From Octopus sinensis (taxonomy: Eukaryota), in contig NC_043001.1 of NCBI RefSeq assembly GCF_006345805.1, positions 100,812,001-100,876,000 on the forward strand: 64,000 bases of DNA, in the 5' to 3' direction. Below, one piece after another: positions 11,211 through 24,470 of the stretch (positions are counted from its first letter, which is position 1; every line of letters starts with the position of its first letter). Both the position numbers and the translations under genes were made by a program. The notes under the pieces are model-generated. The model worked only from the letters and a program-made list of their open reading frames with translations, made no database searches and was not told where the DNA came from.

Positions 11211-11959
11211 CTAAACGACTATACAGTATATTTCCACACTACCCCTCAGGTAATCCCAATAACTTTCTACATTACTAATCTCACTCATACTCGAATATCA
11301 CAACCATCTAATTATATTCGTGTGTATATGAATGCATGCTTATGTGCGTGTATATGTATGTGTGTGTGTGTGTGTGTATATGTGTGAATGTATGTGTGTA
11401 TGCAAGGCATATATACCTGGTGTACAGGGGCAATAATACATACAGATACACATATATATGGATGTGCATGTGTACATATACATATGAGCATGAGTTGTAT
11501 ATGTAGATATTGATGTGGATAAATATCTGTATAAATATATAAATATGCATGTCTAATATATGCATCTGTATACATCTTCACATATATATTTTCTTCTACT
11601 ACTAAGCACTGACCTGTCCAACCACCTAATCTATATTCCTAAATTCTTCATTCCACCATATTACTACCCCTCTCTCTGCCTAATCACTTAGACCCTATCA
11701 CTACATAACTGATACTACTTTACCTTTTACACTATTATACCTCTCCCTCTCTCTCTCTATCACCCCCCATTCCTACTTTCAAGTTATCTTGACTGACCAC
11801 TAACTAGTACACTTTCCCTGTCTTCATCTCTTTATTATCTCTCTCCTTGTTTTTCTTTTTTCTTTCTTTATTTTATTCCTCTCTTCCTGTATCTTTCTTT
11901 TTTCTTTTTTCTTCATTTTTTCTTCTCTTTTTATCTCTTTTCTTTATTCCTCTCTTCCT

Positions 11960-12400
11960 GTTTTCAATTTGACCTTAGAAATACATTCCCTACTTTTAGG
12001 TCACTTTAAATAAAACCCTCTATTCAATAGCACTTTGTACAAACTCTATACTTGGAATAACCAATTTTAAATTCTATTGGAATTTGCTAACCCATGCTAG
12101 CACGGAAAACGGACGTTAAACGATGATGATGATGATGATGTATTGGAACACCATTCTGCCTAAATAAGGGATCTACAAATGCAATATCCCTGCATATCTC
12201 ACACCTATTTTCATTCTTCCACTTCACTATCTATTTTATATCTTATCTAAATTAACTATTGCTTAACCATATTCTCACACCATCTCCGATGAAGGGATAT
12301 TCTAAATATCCTGGAAACAGCTATAAGACCTTCTATTTATAAATGTTCTAAAATCTTCTCAGCCTTGGATTTTTATTTCATTATGAAAAAATTTTTATAT
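11960..12400 (+). mobile_element. PLE 3' region ending in a hammerhead motif, interrupted by an RTE tail
   Basis: HHR at 12283-12328: tct CCGATGA agggatat(tctaa)atatcctg GAAA cagcta TA aga; insert at 12083-12140. Confidence 0.6.
12083..12140 (+). mobile_element. Extremely 5'-truncated RTE 3' end with (GAT)n tail and 8-bp TSD
   Basis: TATTGGAA at 12075-12082 and 12141-12148 flanks AACCCATGCTAGCACGGAAAACGGACGTTAAACGATGATG. Confidence 0.9.
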
Positions 12401-12546
12401 ATATACACATGCTGATATATGACCTACGTTGGACTCCTCATTCGCATAATCACCGAACCTGGAACTTAACTATGGTCTATCCATAGCCCTTACTCAGCAT
12501 TACCTGACACCTTGGGTCTTATTGACACCGTTACCTCTCATAACCC

Positions 12547-12608
<62 letters not shown>

Positions 12609-12641
12609 AAATACAGCAATACATACATATATATAATAATA

Positions 12642-12937
12642 ATGAACTCTCCTGTCGTTAGATGACATATGAGGGTTCGACAATTTCTTACCGAGCAACC
12701 ACACAGATGATTTGTTTATAGTGATCAAATGTTTGTGTAGACATTACCTCGCTCCCTCCATCAGATCGACATTACCTGTACAGGTGCAACTGGGTGCCAC
12801 ATGTCAGAGGTTGAAATGATCGCAGAGCAACGTGAAATGAAATGCTTTGCTCAAGAACACAATGCCTGGTCTGGGAATCGAACCCACCATCTCACAATCG
12901 TGAGGGCAACATCCTAACCACAAAGTCATGTACCTTC
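12642..12937 (-). mobile_element. tRNA-derived SINE
   Basis: TGTGGTTAGG...GGGTTCGATTCCC, TGTGTTCTTGAGCAAAGCATTTC; head related to 611-925. Confidence 0.75.
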
Positions 12938-13093
12938 ACACACACACACACATACATAATAGATCAAGATTCAAGTGAATCAGGCATAACTGTCGTGAAT
13001 TAACACATCATCCATCTATTGTTATTTATATATATATATATATGTATATATGTGTGTGTATATATATATATATATATAATATATATATATATA

Positions 13094-13146
<53 letters not shown>

Positions 13147-14398
13147 ATATATATATAGGTAAGTAGATTTAGCAGTTATATATCAGTGTCAGTTACCTGT
13201 GTTATCTGTGGGTATGCAGGAATAAACAAAAGTTTATCTGGAATCAAATTTAAATAATTAGAAAATGGAGAAAACCTTAGATCAACAAATCAATTGGACC
13301 ACATCTGCAGCCCCTTTTTGTGTGTGTGTGTGTGTAAACAACAACCATGGCCACTCCTCATCAGTACTAGCACAATTGATGAACTAATAAATTCCACAAT
13401 CGAGAGCCCTTGGCTGTTCAGCTATCCACTTCCTCATTTCCTAGGAATACCACAAGTGATCCATCATCATCATCATTACCATCATGTTCCAATGCTACTA
13501 GCCTTACTACAACTAAACAATTGCAACGATAAGATAAATATCGGAAGACCCTCTTCAATACTAGAACAATTGATGGCACATTAAACAACACAGTCCCTAG
13601 CTCTTCTCCCCAGTCAAGTCACTCAAATTCTACTCAAATTCTTCTCAGAACGACACAAGTGGTCCATCATCGCCATTGTCATCCTATTCTAATGCTACTA
13701 CCGTTACCACTACTACTACTTCAATTAGTGAAGAATCACTCCTGTTTTCCTCCACCTACCACCACTCTCCACCTCAATCTGAATGTATACCTGACAGCAC
13801 CATGACAAATAAAATAAAATTATGAACACACGAAACCCCACAATCTGCTATTCTCAACGTGAGAACCTATGCATATGCAATGACTGTAACTTCACCCATT
13901 TACCTGGAACAAGATGCACAATTTCTACTAGCAATACCAGCCAACGCCAAATCACACATCTTACAACAACACCACCACCACCACCACCACCACTGAATGC
14001 TAAATCACATTTAATAACTTCTACACATTGAACTTCGTTCACCAAATCACCGTTCTTCTGAAAGCACTATGGGCCAGTCTTTGTGATGAAAATGTCTTCA
14101 TGATGCAAGCCTGTGTCTGCTGCATCAAGCAAGAGAATGTTCAGCACACTACGTTGTTTGAAGATCTGACTCCGTGCCACAATGACATAACATTGTCTGA
14201 CACACTGTGCTGTAATGCATAGACATAAACAAACTTGTGTAATGAAAAGACTTGGGATCTCCTGGAAAACTTCATCACCAAAATGAGCACTAAAATATCT
14301 TTTTCTTCACCTCTATTTTCTTCCAGAATTATCTATTTTTGATTTTATTGTGTCTAATAGAACATGTTTTAACCTTCGGATTATATAGAAGAGACATA

Positions 14399-15267
14399 CA
14401 AGGGGCTACCCAAAAGAAAGCGAAAATTTGCAATATTATTTTACTCACTCAGTTTTACATGTTTACACTTTTAGCAATGCATTGGCCTAGGCATGTTTCC
14501 CACTATTTCAAGCAGTGCTGGAACTCTTGGTGAATTGATGCCTTTTAATGTCTCTGTCATTTTGTTTTTCTTCACCTCTTCCACATCTATAACTTCTGCA
14601 GCACCAGCTTTCATCACCAGTGATGACCTTCGAAAAAAGGTCCAGATCAACTCAGTTCACAACATGCATTCAGTCGTGACAGCTTTTGATCTTCCATGAG
14701 CAAAGATGGGCACAAATTTTGCTGCAACTTTTTGCATTCATAGTTGCTCACTCAAAATTTCCTGGCAGAACTCCAAGACCCACCAGTCATATCAACAAGT
14801 TTGTCAGTTGTTTGGTTAAGGTCCTTCAAGATCAGTTCTTGAATTTTCATAATGTTTTCATTCATTCGGGACGTCTACTGTTGTCCTGAATGAGGTTAGT
14901 CTCCCAGTAACAAGGGACCATTCCTAAAGCATGAAAGCCACTTGTAAACTTGTGTTTTGCTCATGGCAGTGTCTTTGTAAGCTGTTCGAAGCATGACAAC
15001 TGGTTTGGCCACCGTTTTCCCCAGCAGAAAACAGGATTTCCTGGAAGCACACTGTTTCTTCATTTCAGCCATCACAAAAATCAGAGAACTAAGGAGAAGC
15101 ACTGCAAAGCAAAGCTGCACCACGTAAAAGTATGACATCATTAGACGATACCTGTTGGCAGACTGATGCCTGAGGGTTGCATCAAGTGGTTTTTAGTGGC
15201 AGAAGCCTGAACTATGACAGGCTTGTCCCGCAGAGAACGTTTCCGGTTACTTTTGAGTATCCCATTG
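14399..15267 (-). mobile_element. Mariner DNA transposon, internally deleted (869 bp)
   Basis: TA at 14397-98 and 15268-69; ~27-bp imperfect TIRs (CAAGGGGCTACCCAAAAG / CTTTTGAGTATCCCATTG); CFLLGKT...LRTAYKDTAMSKTQVYKW, KVAAKFVP, SKVITGDESWC joined directly to DVEEVKK. Confidence 0.9.
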
Positions 15268-15699
15268 TATTTATTAATTATTTTTTACCTGTTTTGCAGC
15301 ATATTTCCCTCCAGTTTCCTTAATGAGCAAAACCTGTTTTAGAGCCCTTTTATCTCTTAATATATAGCCATCACTTCATCCACCATTTGTCTACCTTCTC
15401 CCAATTTCTCATTACAGCTAAATTCTCTCTTCTCATAACTAATTATAGATCAAGTAACATTTACACTCAAGATGAATACCTTCCATTCCTTATCTTTAAT
15501 CTCTTTCCATTAATCCCTTCCATTAATCTCTTCTCCCCTTCACTTCAATAAATGTACAATTTCTATGTCTTCTGCAACTATGAATTATATCAGCTGAACA
15601 AAATAACATTTTTTTTTCTCCAACAAGCTCCTTTCCTGCAAAACATATGGCTATCTGTAATAAAGTATTTAATATAGCATGTCATACAATTCTCAATGT

Positions 15700-16645
15700 G
15701 TTACTCATCATTGAGACCTTAACTTTATTTGGAAGTGGAGTCTAGTTTATAACCAGCCTTCCATATGTGATTGGTTTAGACAAGTTAGTCAACTTCTGCT
15801 TCGTCTGTTATTGCCTCTACTTTGCATGACTGACTGAGCTGCCATGCATTAGTGTTTCTGAACGTGAACACAGCCTTTGTTTATTTTATTAGCTTATACA
15901 CCATAATAGTTTTCATGACAGTTGTACAGCTGTAACTCACTTTTAGACAATTCCTATTCAATAGTTATCGGCACAGCTGGTTATTGGAGAAATGCTAATA
16001 AGTTAGGATTTGGATACTGTGGTAATGTTTGACTTAATATTTGAGTAAAAATTAGGCTGTTAGATGTTGTATTGTAGTTTGTTCTAGAATTGGAAGACTT
16101 TGGAAATTAGAATTATGATCTCATCTTTGAGCTGCCAGCAGCTACAGCCCTATTGGAATAAGAGAGTTCTTTGTTGAAGATTATTAGATGAAAGGTGGAA
16201 GATCTTTCTAATAATGTTGCTCATACAAAAATCATGTGCTAGTGGCACAAGTCAATGTTAATTTATGATATACCAGGAATAACTAAACCCAGGATGAAAT
16301 CTAAGAAATTTACCATAAGTTTGATGCCGAAGGTTGATGTTAGGTCAAAATTCATAAATTTGTTTGTCTTGGTTTTTCTTGAATTTGTCTATTGTATGTT
16401 TGCAGACATGCTATGACGGCATATGAAATGGTCATCTCTACATAATCTGGTGTTTCTCCTCACCTCTATGTTGTCTGATGTTTAATGTAGAGAATTTCTT
16501 ACTTAGTGAGCCTAATAGAGGCTGGTGAGATTGTATATTTCTGGGCTACGGAAGAACTTGATATTTATATTGAATGATCAACTAACAAGGCCTGTTTTTT
16601 TTTTGTTTTCTACTCAGGACAAATCCTTGTCGGAGAGCAGTCTCC
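15700..16645 (-). mobile_element. PLE reverse transcriptase relic (Neptune-like)
   Basis: Broken frames with CRDDHF, MVNFLDFIL, FHLSSN and NRNCLKVSYSC. Confidence 0.75.
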
Positions 16646-16782
16646 TTTAAGCATGCATAACGATACCAATATGATTATTATCTGTATCATTATGCACTCC
16701 AGAAACACTTTGGGTGCTAATGAACTGAGATTTAGAAATCAATGTACAAAATGTCAAAATGAGTGAACTTAATCGTATTTAT

Positions 16783-16789
16783 TAATAAT

Positions 16790-16850
<61 letters not shown>
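16783..16850. repeat. (AAT)n microsatellite
   Basis: Direct reading. Confidence 0.95.
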
Positions 16851-16853
<3 letters not shown>

Positions 16854-17249
16854 TGGAATCAACAAATTGCTTTGCTACAGTTATTTTTGTTCTCTTACTA
16901 GAATCTGGTCGCCTTACCAATGCTATTAATTATTTCCAAGATATCCTTGCCATGTAATCATATTTTTATTTTTTATTTTTAAGGGTTAATCAATCTACGT
17001 TTTGCATCTGTGACCTTTTAGTTTAGCGTACACTTTGCAATTAGTTAGACATTCTAACTTACAATTTTTACTTCAATATTTTATATTGCTGCTTTTTAGC
17101 AGTTTGGATAAATCATTATTCCTTGTTTAGAGTTTTTGTTTCTAAAAAAATGTATTTGCTGCTTCGGAGAATAGAAAAGTTGTTTGATTTTTTTTATTAT
17201 CCATGAAAATGTACAAAGTGCTAACTTACAGAAACACAAATATATACCA

Positions 17250-17560
17250 ATTCCATGAATACTGCAAGGAGGAGGTGAGCGCATAATCAAAAGTGGTCCT
17301 ACAAAACCAAACCACACCACAGAGCATAAGCATTATGTCGTAATAGCAGAAGACGTGTTTAGAAAACATTACACTAGCTATGCATAATATTTCAGACAGA
17401 GAAAAAAGAACTACAAAAATATTGAGGTATGTCTGGCACTTAAAAGAGTATGGTACTGATTTTCGCAATGTGTTTAGAGATCATATTGAGAAAACAACCA
17501 CAAATCAGTGAGTCAAAAAGTGAAACTTATGTTCAAATATGAAGAGACTTGACTTCTACT
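17250..17560 (+). mobile_element. PLE GIY-YIG endonuclease relic
   Basis: KHYVVIAEDVFRKHYTSYA*YFRQR...TTKILRYVWHLKEYGTDF resembles YVG..E..FK.RY..H..SF...T.LS.YVW.LK. Confidence 0.65.
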
Positions 17561-17999
17561 GGGAGGAATTTGGAAGAATTCCAACCAGGTTTTGTGGTTC
17601 GCTACCTCAACAGTTCTCTTATAGGATTCAGTGGCTAAAGACATCATCAGGAGGAACCACGCCTGGTTTCAGCCCTTACTCCTCTATCGTTTTTGATATG
17701 GTGGGGCCCCACCTTTTGAAGATGTTTTCAACTTTGGTGTTGAGTGTGTTTTTCCTTTCTCTCTTTTTCTTTGGCCTTTTGTTCTTTGGTTTCTTTGATG
17801 CAGTGTCAGCAAGTGTCAGTGGGTGACTGACCATCCTGACTAATTTCCCTTTAAATACTCACCGGCAGGCTCCAGCAGTCAGCACCAGCTAGTTGTCACA
17901 TGACACTGTCTAAGCTTCAACCGACCAATAGAAGGGAAGGACGCATAGTTTTGGCCTGGGCCCTCTCTAAACCTCCCTTCCAACAGTGTTGTGTTTGTT

Positions 18000-18750
18000 T
18001 CAGTCCCAGCAGCCAGAGCCAATCAGCTATTTGATGCATCAATACTTTTGAGAAATTCTCTAAATACAAGAATTCTTTACAAAATGTCATCTCAAGAAAT
18101 CTTGAAGTCTTTTTATAAATGTAACGCTCCATTATGAATGAATTCCAGAGGCATGTTGTCTAAGTGTGGAACTTTCTTGAATGTATTCTGCTGGTAACTT
18201 CACTGATATCCAGCACAGTGAAAGATATTACAGTACAGGAAATAGAAAATGATCAAAGGAATTTCTTTTGTGGAATTCTTATTTAGAAATGTTTTTCCAC
18301 CATTTCAAGACATTCCACTTGTAGGTGGGATCCCTGAAATTGTTTTCTAATTTCAATGCTTCTCTGAAACTATATTGTTCCAGGCAACTCTTTGATTCCG
18401 GCACAGAAGTTCAGCTAGTTTCAGAAATCTATGCATTTCTAAAGTTCTTCAGATTTTTCCTGCCGCCAGCTGTTCTGCATCTCTTTTATATATGCATGAC
18501 GTTTTTGCTTGAGGTCTTTACACTGGATGTTGGAGCCAATTCATGAGATAATGGGTCTTTTCCTGTGACATTGGTGAGTAGAGATTTCTTTTTTACTATC
18601 ATCAAACCTACCATAATTCTTCTTTTACACGAAACCAATTATTTTCTCTGTAGATTCTATGATGCTTTGGAGAGCAGACCATTTTTTTTGTCTTCAAGTT
18701 TTATGAATTGGAATTATTAGCTAGTTGTTATTTGATGGCTTCTTTGAATT
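18000..18750 (-). mobile_element. RTE (BovB-like) LINE EN-RT linker relic
   Basis: IKEMQNSWRQEKSEEL*KCIDF*N*LNFCAGIKELPG and VLKWWKNI resemble RTE linker motifs. Confidence 0.55.
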
Positions 18751-18914
18751 CTGTTGTCTAAGATGCTTCAATATATTTACTTTTCATGTAGATGAGTTTA
18801 TTTTGTGGATTCTTTTATCTTTTATTCTTTTAATGGTTTCAGTCGCTGGACTGTAGCCATGCTGGAGCACTGCCTTACATTTTTTTTTTGTTGTTGTTGC
18901 TTTATGATTGAAAG

Positions 18915-19900
18915 TTGGTTGATGATTGAGTTTGCAGTTGCTGATCTGCCCTGAGTGTATCTTTGAATGATTGGTTGGTCTGGTATCATCGTTAAGAGTT
19001 CATCCTATGCTTTTTTGAAAGTTTCAGTAGAGGTCCCTTTTATATTTCTAATCTCTTTGTATAAGCAGTTGAATACTTGTGGAGTGTTTTTGCTCATGAG
19101 TTTCAAGATGGTATTTTTGGAAGCTGACAGTACCTACCAATTCGAGCATTAAAATTCACTTTAATATCAATGTTTGGAACTTGTCCCTCAAGGATCTTCC
19201 TTATGTATATAATAGCATTTCTCTCTGTTTGGTGTTCAACAAAGTTGAGGTACAGAGCTTTCAAGCATTCTCAGTAATTAGGGCCATTAACCGAAGTTAT
19301 TTTACTGGTAAATGTTCTTTGTAACCCTAATAATAATTGAACACCTAAAGCACGGGTGAAACTACATGCTTTTGAAATGGACAATGATGCTTAAAAATTT
19401 TGCTCCACATTCAGTCCAAAAAGCAGTTCAATGCATTGTAAGTTAATAACAGTTTACTATTCCCAGCTGTAGCATTGTTGAGTTTATGTCTTGTTATCTT
19501 GGAGAAAGTGGTAGCCAGTCGACTGTAGAATTAGTCCCTGGTGCTAACCTTAGCCCCTGGTGTACATGTACAAGTGAAGATGTAAGTAATGGTATGAGCT
19601 CCTTTCAGAGATTTATGCAAAGTCATGTGACTCTCATTGATGGCCATTGGTGTGAGTCGATTGATATTCCTTAGTATTGTTTTCATAGTAAAACTGATTC
19701 TTTTAATGCAGCATCTTTCTTTCTTCTCTGACCAAAGAGTACTGTAACCTGGGACTGGATTCTTTGAATTTTTATTCCCCTTATAGTTTTATTGTCATGT
19801 AATCTTGCAAAATCAATCTTTAGTCTTGTGAGTTTGTGAGTCATAAGAGCAGTTTTTTTTCAGGTTTGTTGCCATTGTCCTTTATATCAAGTTCTCACAT
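18915..19900 (-). mobile_element. Crack/CR1-group LINE C-terminal relic
   Basis: LEGQVPNIDIKVNFNARIGRYCQLPKIP...PQVFNCLYKEIRNIKGTSTETFKKA*DELLTMIPDQPIIQRYTQGRSA. Confidence 0.75.
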
Positions 19901-20442
19901 TTTTTTCATGTTCCAAGAATCATTTCTGTAGGACAATCAACATATTTACAGATATTTCTACAATAATAAGAGTGAAACATTGAACATAGTTTCTTATCCT
20001 GATGCATTAGAGATTTCTGTTGTTTAACCAGCATTTTTAGGGCCTTCCCTATTTGAGTAAACTATGGTAATTCTATGTAAATTTGACCAGACACAGATGC
20101 AGGCACGTGTGTGTGCATGCATGTGTGTATGTGTGTGTGCATGTGTGTGTGTGATCTTATACACCACCATCATCATCAGTGTTTTAACAGTGACGATACA
20201 AGCAGTTTTTCATGCTTTCATAGGTAGATGGAATTCGTTGAGAGAGATATTTTATGGCCAAATGTCCTTCCTGTTGCCAAGCCTCACCAGTATCCAAGCA
20301 AGGCAACATTTCTCTTTCGCCAAACATGAATTTTGTGGAAGACGGGAATGAAGGACATCCATTGTATCATGGTGACATTTGGTTGGGACCATTACATAAA
20401 GTCAATAAAAAAATGCACACACACAAGTGTATATATAGTAAA

Positions 20443-20937
20443 GCATGAGCTTTGAACACTGGGCCTCACAGAGGCAATGACAGGAAACCGAGTCCTGTGG
20501 AGGTATGCTGTGATTGAGAAGACCTGGCAACTAAAGTGAGATCACAGCCATGCATGTCCGGCTGAATTAAGAATACTCCTGATGCATCAGGTGATATGCT
20601 TGAGAAGACCTGTTGAGTCAAGTAAAACTAATATCGCAGCTGTGGCCAGTGCCCCCTGACTGGCCCCTGTGCTAGTGGCACTTAAAAGGCACCATCTGAA
20701 TGTGGTTGATGCCAAGACCGCCTGAATGGCTCCTGTGCTGGTGGCATGTAAAAAGCACCATCCAAACGTGGTTGATGCCAGTACCCCATGATTGGCTCCC
20801 ATGCCAGTGACACATAAAAAGCACCATCCATATGTGACCGATGCCAGTACCCCCTGACTGGCCCCTGTCTTGGTGGCACATAAAAAGCAGTATCCAAATG
20901 TGATCGATGCCAGACCCACCTGACTGGTTCCTGTGTT
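20443..20937 (+). mobile_element. RTE LINE C-terminus plus 3' UTR with 66-bp tandem array
   Basis: LGLTEAMTGNRVLWRYAVIEKTWQLK*; GATGCC units at 20708, 20774, 20840 and 20906. Confidence 0.8.
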
Positions 20938-21173
20938 CAATTTGTTTGACTAAGATTCTTCAAAGGAGTGCTCCAGCATGGCTGCAGAATAATGACTGAA
21001 ACAAGCAAAAGATAAAAGATACTCATAAACAAAAGGCTTCTTTCTGTTTCCATCAACCAAATGCATTCACAAGGGTTTGGGTGGCTTGGGCCCTAATTGT
21101 AAAACACTTGCCTCATGTGCATCACAGCAGGACTGAACCTGTAATTAACGTATATATATACTTATATAAATAT

Positions 21174-21287
<114 letters not shown>

Positions 21288-21424
21288 ACACACATGCACG
21301 TGTGTGTGTATATATTAGTTGAAAGACAGATAAAAAGATAATTACTGTTGGAAGAGTTGCAGAATTGAAAGTAAAAGAGAGAATGAGAGACATAAGACCC
21401 TTTCTAGATCTGTGTGCCAGCACC

Positions 21425-21486
<62 letters not shown>

Positions 21487-22956
21487 CATATGTATATATA
21501 TACATATATATATACATACATACATACATACATATATATATAATATATATATATATATGCATGCATGCATACACACACTTATATACGTATTGGAAAATGC
21601 AGATGTGTAAAGAGAAAGAAAAATAGTGAAGTGAGAAGTGAAAGACAAAAAGAAATAAAATAGAGGAAAGACTCTGCTTATGAAAGAGAAAAGAGAAAGA
21701 GAGAAGGAGAGGAAGAGGGAGAGGGAGAGGGGAACAAGTGTGTGTGTGTGTGTGTTTGTGTGCACGTGTGTGTGTGTGTATGTGTGTGTGTGTGTGTGTG
21801 TGAGTGTGCACGTGTGTGAAGAGGAGCAATCTAAATAATGGGATATTTTACTGTTATCCTTTCTGGAAGCATCTATATTTCATATCAAATTCCCAAAGCA
21901 TTGTTAGATAAAACTTTAGGATCAAAGCTATTATTCTGTTATCACCAATTCAAACAATTCCATCTAGTTAAGCATCTTTCCATGGTTATTTCTGATTACA
22001 GAAGAAACAGAGCTGGTCAATATAGCTCGGTTGATAAATGCGTAACTCAAACTTGGAAACATAGAGGATCAATCTCTTGAAATCACATCTGTGCTGGGTT
22101 TGCTTTACATACCATCCCGTGAAAATAAGCGGCAACACTACCAATAAAGCACACACACACATGTAATACATCCATTTATATATCTATATTTCGTATTATT
22201 TTTCATATAATTTTTGTATTTATATTCGTGTAACATCATCCGTTTTTCCTTCCTTGTTTCGTATACATTCGAAGCATTTTCCCAAGGAATCTAATGCTCT
22301 TAGCTTAGTTTTTCCTTGGGGCTGGCCAGATTGGAGCAATCTCAAGATTAATCAGCCGAAATTGCGAGGATGATCCAGTTCTTGTCTGAAGATTAATGGC
22401 TTCGAAAGACCCGTCCGTGTTTTTGTATCGTCTTCTGGATGTTTTGCGTTCTTGTCCCATTTTGTATTTTTTATATATACATTTATATATCTAAGTATAT
22501 ACGTATATACATGTGTGTATATATATATATGTATGTATGTACATACACACACATATATGTACATGTATGCATATATCTATGTGTGTGTGTGCGAACAATT
22601 CTTAGTTAACAGCTAGGATTTTAATATAAATTATGGAAGGGTATTATAAATATCAAGTCAGCAGAGAAAAGCAACAACAGGCTTGAGATGTGATTCAAAT
22701 TTCACATCATGCAAATATTGTTTGTCAATAAAATTACACAGTTTCAACTTATTTCCTCTCACTCCCAGATTAGCCACCACAAGTCTTTTATTAACTCCAG
22801 AAGTTATCTTACAGGTTTCATAGATAATTGTTCAAGTGACGGAGCAGACACAATGGGATCAAATATGAAATTACACGATTGTGGAACTAAATTCTTATGA
22901 CATGTTCATAATCTCAATCCTGTTTATAAATGGTCTGTAATTTGAGTGAAGCCATA

Positions 22957-23176
22957 AAGGCGGTGAGCTGGTAGAATCGCTACCATGCTGGGCAAAATGC
23001 TTTGTGGCACTTCCTCCATCTTTACATTCTGAGTTCAAATTATGTCAAGGTTGGCTTTGCCTTTCATCCCTTTTGGGGGCTCATAAAATAGGTACCAGTC
23101 AAGTACTGGGGTTGATATAATCAACTTAATCCCACTCCTAAAATTGCTGATCTTGTGCCCAAATTTGAAAGCAATA
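22957..23176 (+). mobile_element. tRNA-headed SINE with Meta-like domain (tail variant B)
   Basis: AAGGCGGTGAGCTGGTAGAATCG...GAGTTCAAAT...GCCTTTCATCCC...GGTACCAG...AAATTGCTGATCTTGTGCCCAAATTTG. Confidence 0.75.
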
Positions 23177-23224
23177 TGAGTAAGGCCATTTTAATGCTAC
23201 AAATAATCACAGCATCACAGTATT

Positions 23225-23440
23225 GACCTGACCATCAGATGCTGTTACACACTGCTGATCACAATGCCCTTCCAGTTCTGTCTTGATTGCACCATTCTTT
23301 TCCATCATGACCCAAACTGCTTAACTAAATCATCTTCCCTTCATTGTGGAGGCCTTCCAAGGGGCCTTTTCCAAACACTTGGATTATCTCTCAACAACTG
23401 CATGGATCCAGCTGGGGTCTTGGAACCTTACAGCATATCC
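23225..23440 (-). mobile_element. RTE-type LINE C-terminal relic (second family)
   Basis: WKRPLGRPPQ*REDDLVKQFG.*WKRMVQSRQNWK resembles the RTE GRP..RW.DD motif. Confidence 0.45.
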
Positions 23441-23886
23441 AGACCATTGGAATTTGTGATTTTGGTATTCTGCAATCACATCGTCCACTCTGCTGCATTT
23501 AACCACGAATATGAAAAAAAAAACCCACCAAGTCAGTAATGATGCCTCTACAGGGTTAATCTACCTGCTAGAAACAGCAGTAGCAAAGATTTCCACAGTA
23601 CCATATTCAAAACCACATACATAATGCCTATGAAATGAATAGAATGATCATAACTTGATCATAAGTCTACTCAAAAAGGATTGACCTGGTGTTAAATAAC
23701 AACAGCTACTAACTTCACTTCCTACTGATGAATGATAGAAACTAAAAACCGTGGGACCTGATAAGAATCATGACATTTAATCATAGAATTGTCAACACAA
23801 TGAATAATGTAATCTTAGATACACGATGCCTGAAAAAAACTACCTCTGAACCAAAATCTGATCAGAGTGCAACAATAACAACAGTC

Positions 23887-24085
23887 TTTCTTTTACTAAT
23901 TTCAGTCATTTGAGTGTGGCCATACTGGGGCAGGGTTTCAGTCAAACAAATTGAAGTGAGGACTTATTTTTTTACTTAATCTATCAGTCCCTTTTGCTGA
24001 TCCGCTAGGTAATGGGTGCATAAAAAAACCAATACCAACGGTGGTGGTGGTGGTGGTGGTGGTGGAGGGAACAAATACATACACA
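23887..24085 (-). mobile_element. CORE-like SINE 3' half, decayed
   Basis: TTTCAGTCATTTGAGTGTGGCCATACTGG...CTATCAGTCCCTTTTGCTGA. Confidence 0.65.
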
Positions 24086-24090
24086 CACAT

Positions 24091-24144
<54 letters not shown>

Positions 24145-24250
24145 GAACGTTGTAGTTTGCTTGAAGCATTGTAGTACAAAAGTAGAAAAGGAAAAGGAAA
24201 ATGTAGAAAGCTTCTAACAATGAAGAAACTTTTCCAAAAGCCTTTATATA

Positions 24251-24470
24251 TATTTCTTTACTACCCACAAGGGGCTAAACACAGAGGGGGCAAACAAGGA
24301 CAGAGAAAGGGATTAAGTCGATTACATCGACCCCAGTGCGAAACTGGTACTTTATTTATCGACCCCGAAAGGATGAAAGGCAAAGTCGACCTCGGTGGAA
24401 TTTGAACTCAGAACGTAGCGGCAGACAAAATACCGCTAATCGTTAGCCTGGCGTGCTAACGATTCTGCCA
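24251..24470 (-). mobile_element. Meta-like SINE (tail variant A), young copy
   Basis: TGGCAGAATCGTTAGCACGCC, GAGTTCAAATTCC, GCCTTTCATCCTTTCGGGGTCGATAAATAAAGTACCAG; about 90% identical to 28361-28568. Confidence 0.9.

Noticed and set aside
18424-18456. CTGAAGA-acttta-GAAA-TGCA-TA on the minus strand
   Set aside because: Helix II cannot form, helix I is out of register, and it lies inside RTE coding remnant; chance
20642-20937. CRISPR-like array of palindromic units
   Set aside because: Eukaryotic context, contiguous 66-bp units without unique spacers, located in an RTE 3' UTR, no cas genes
22335-22420. Two CT(C/G)AAGA...GAAA motifs in a repeat-like segment (22200-22480)
   Set aside because: Helices I and III do not pair; the segment is probably a dispersed repeat but I cannot assign it
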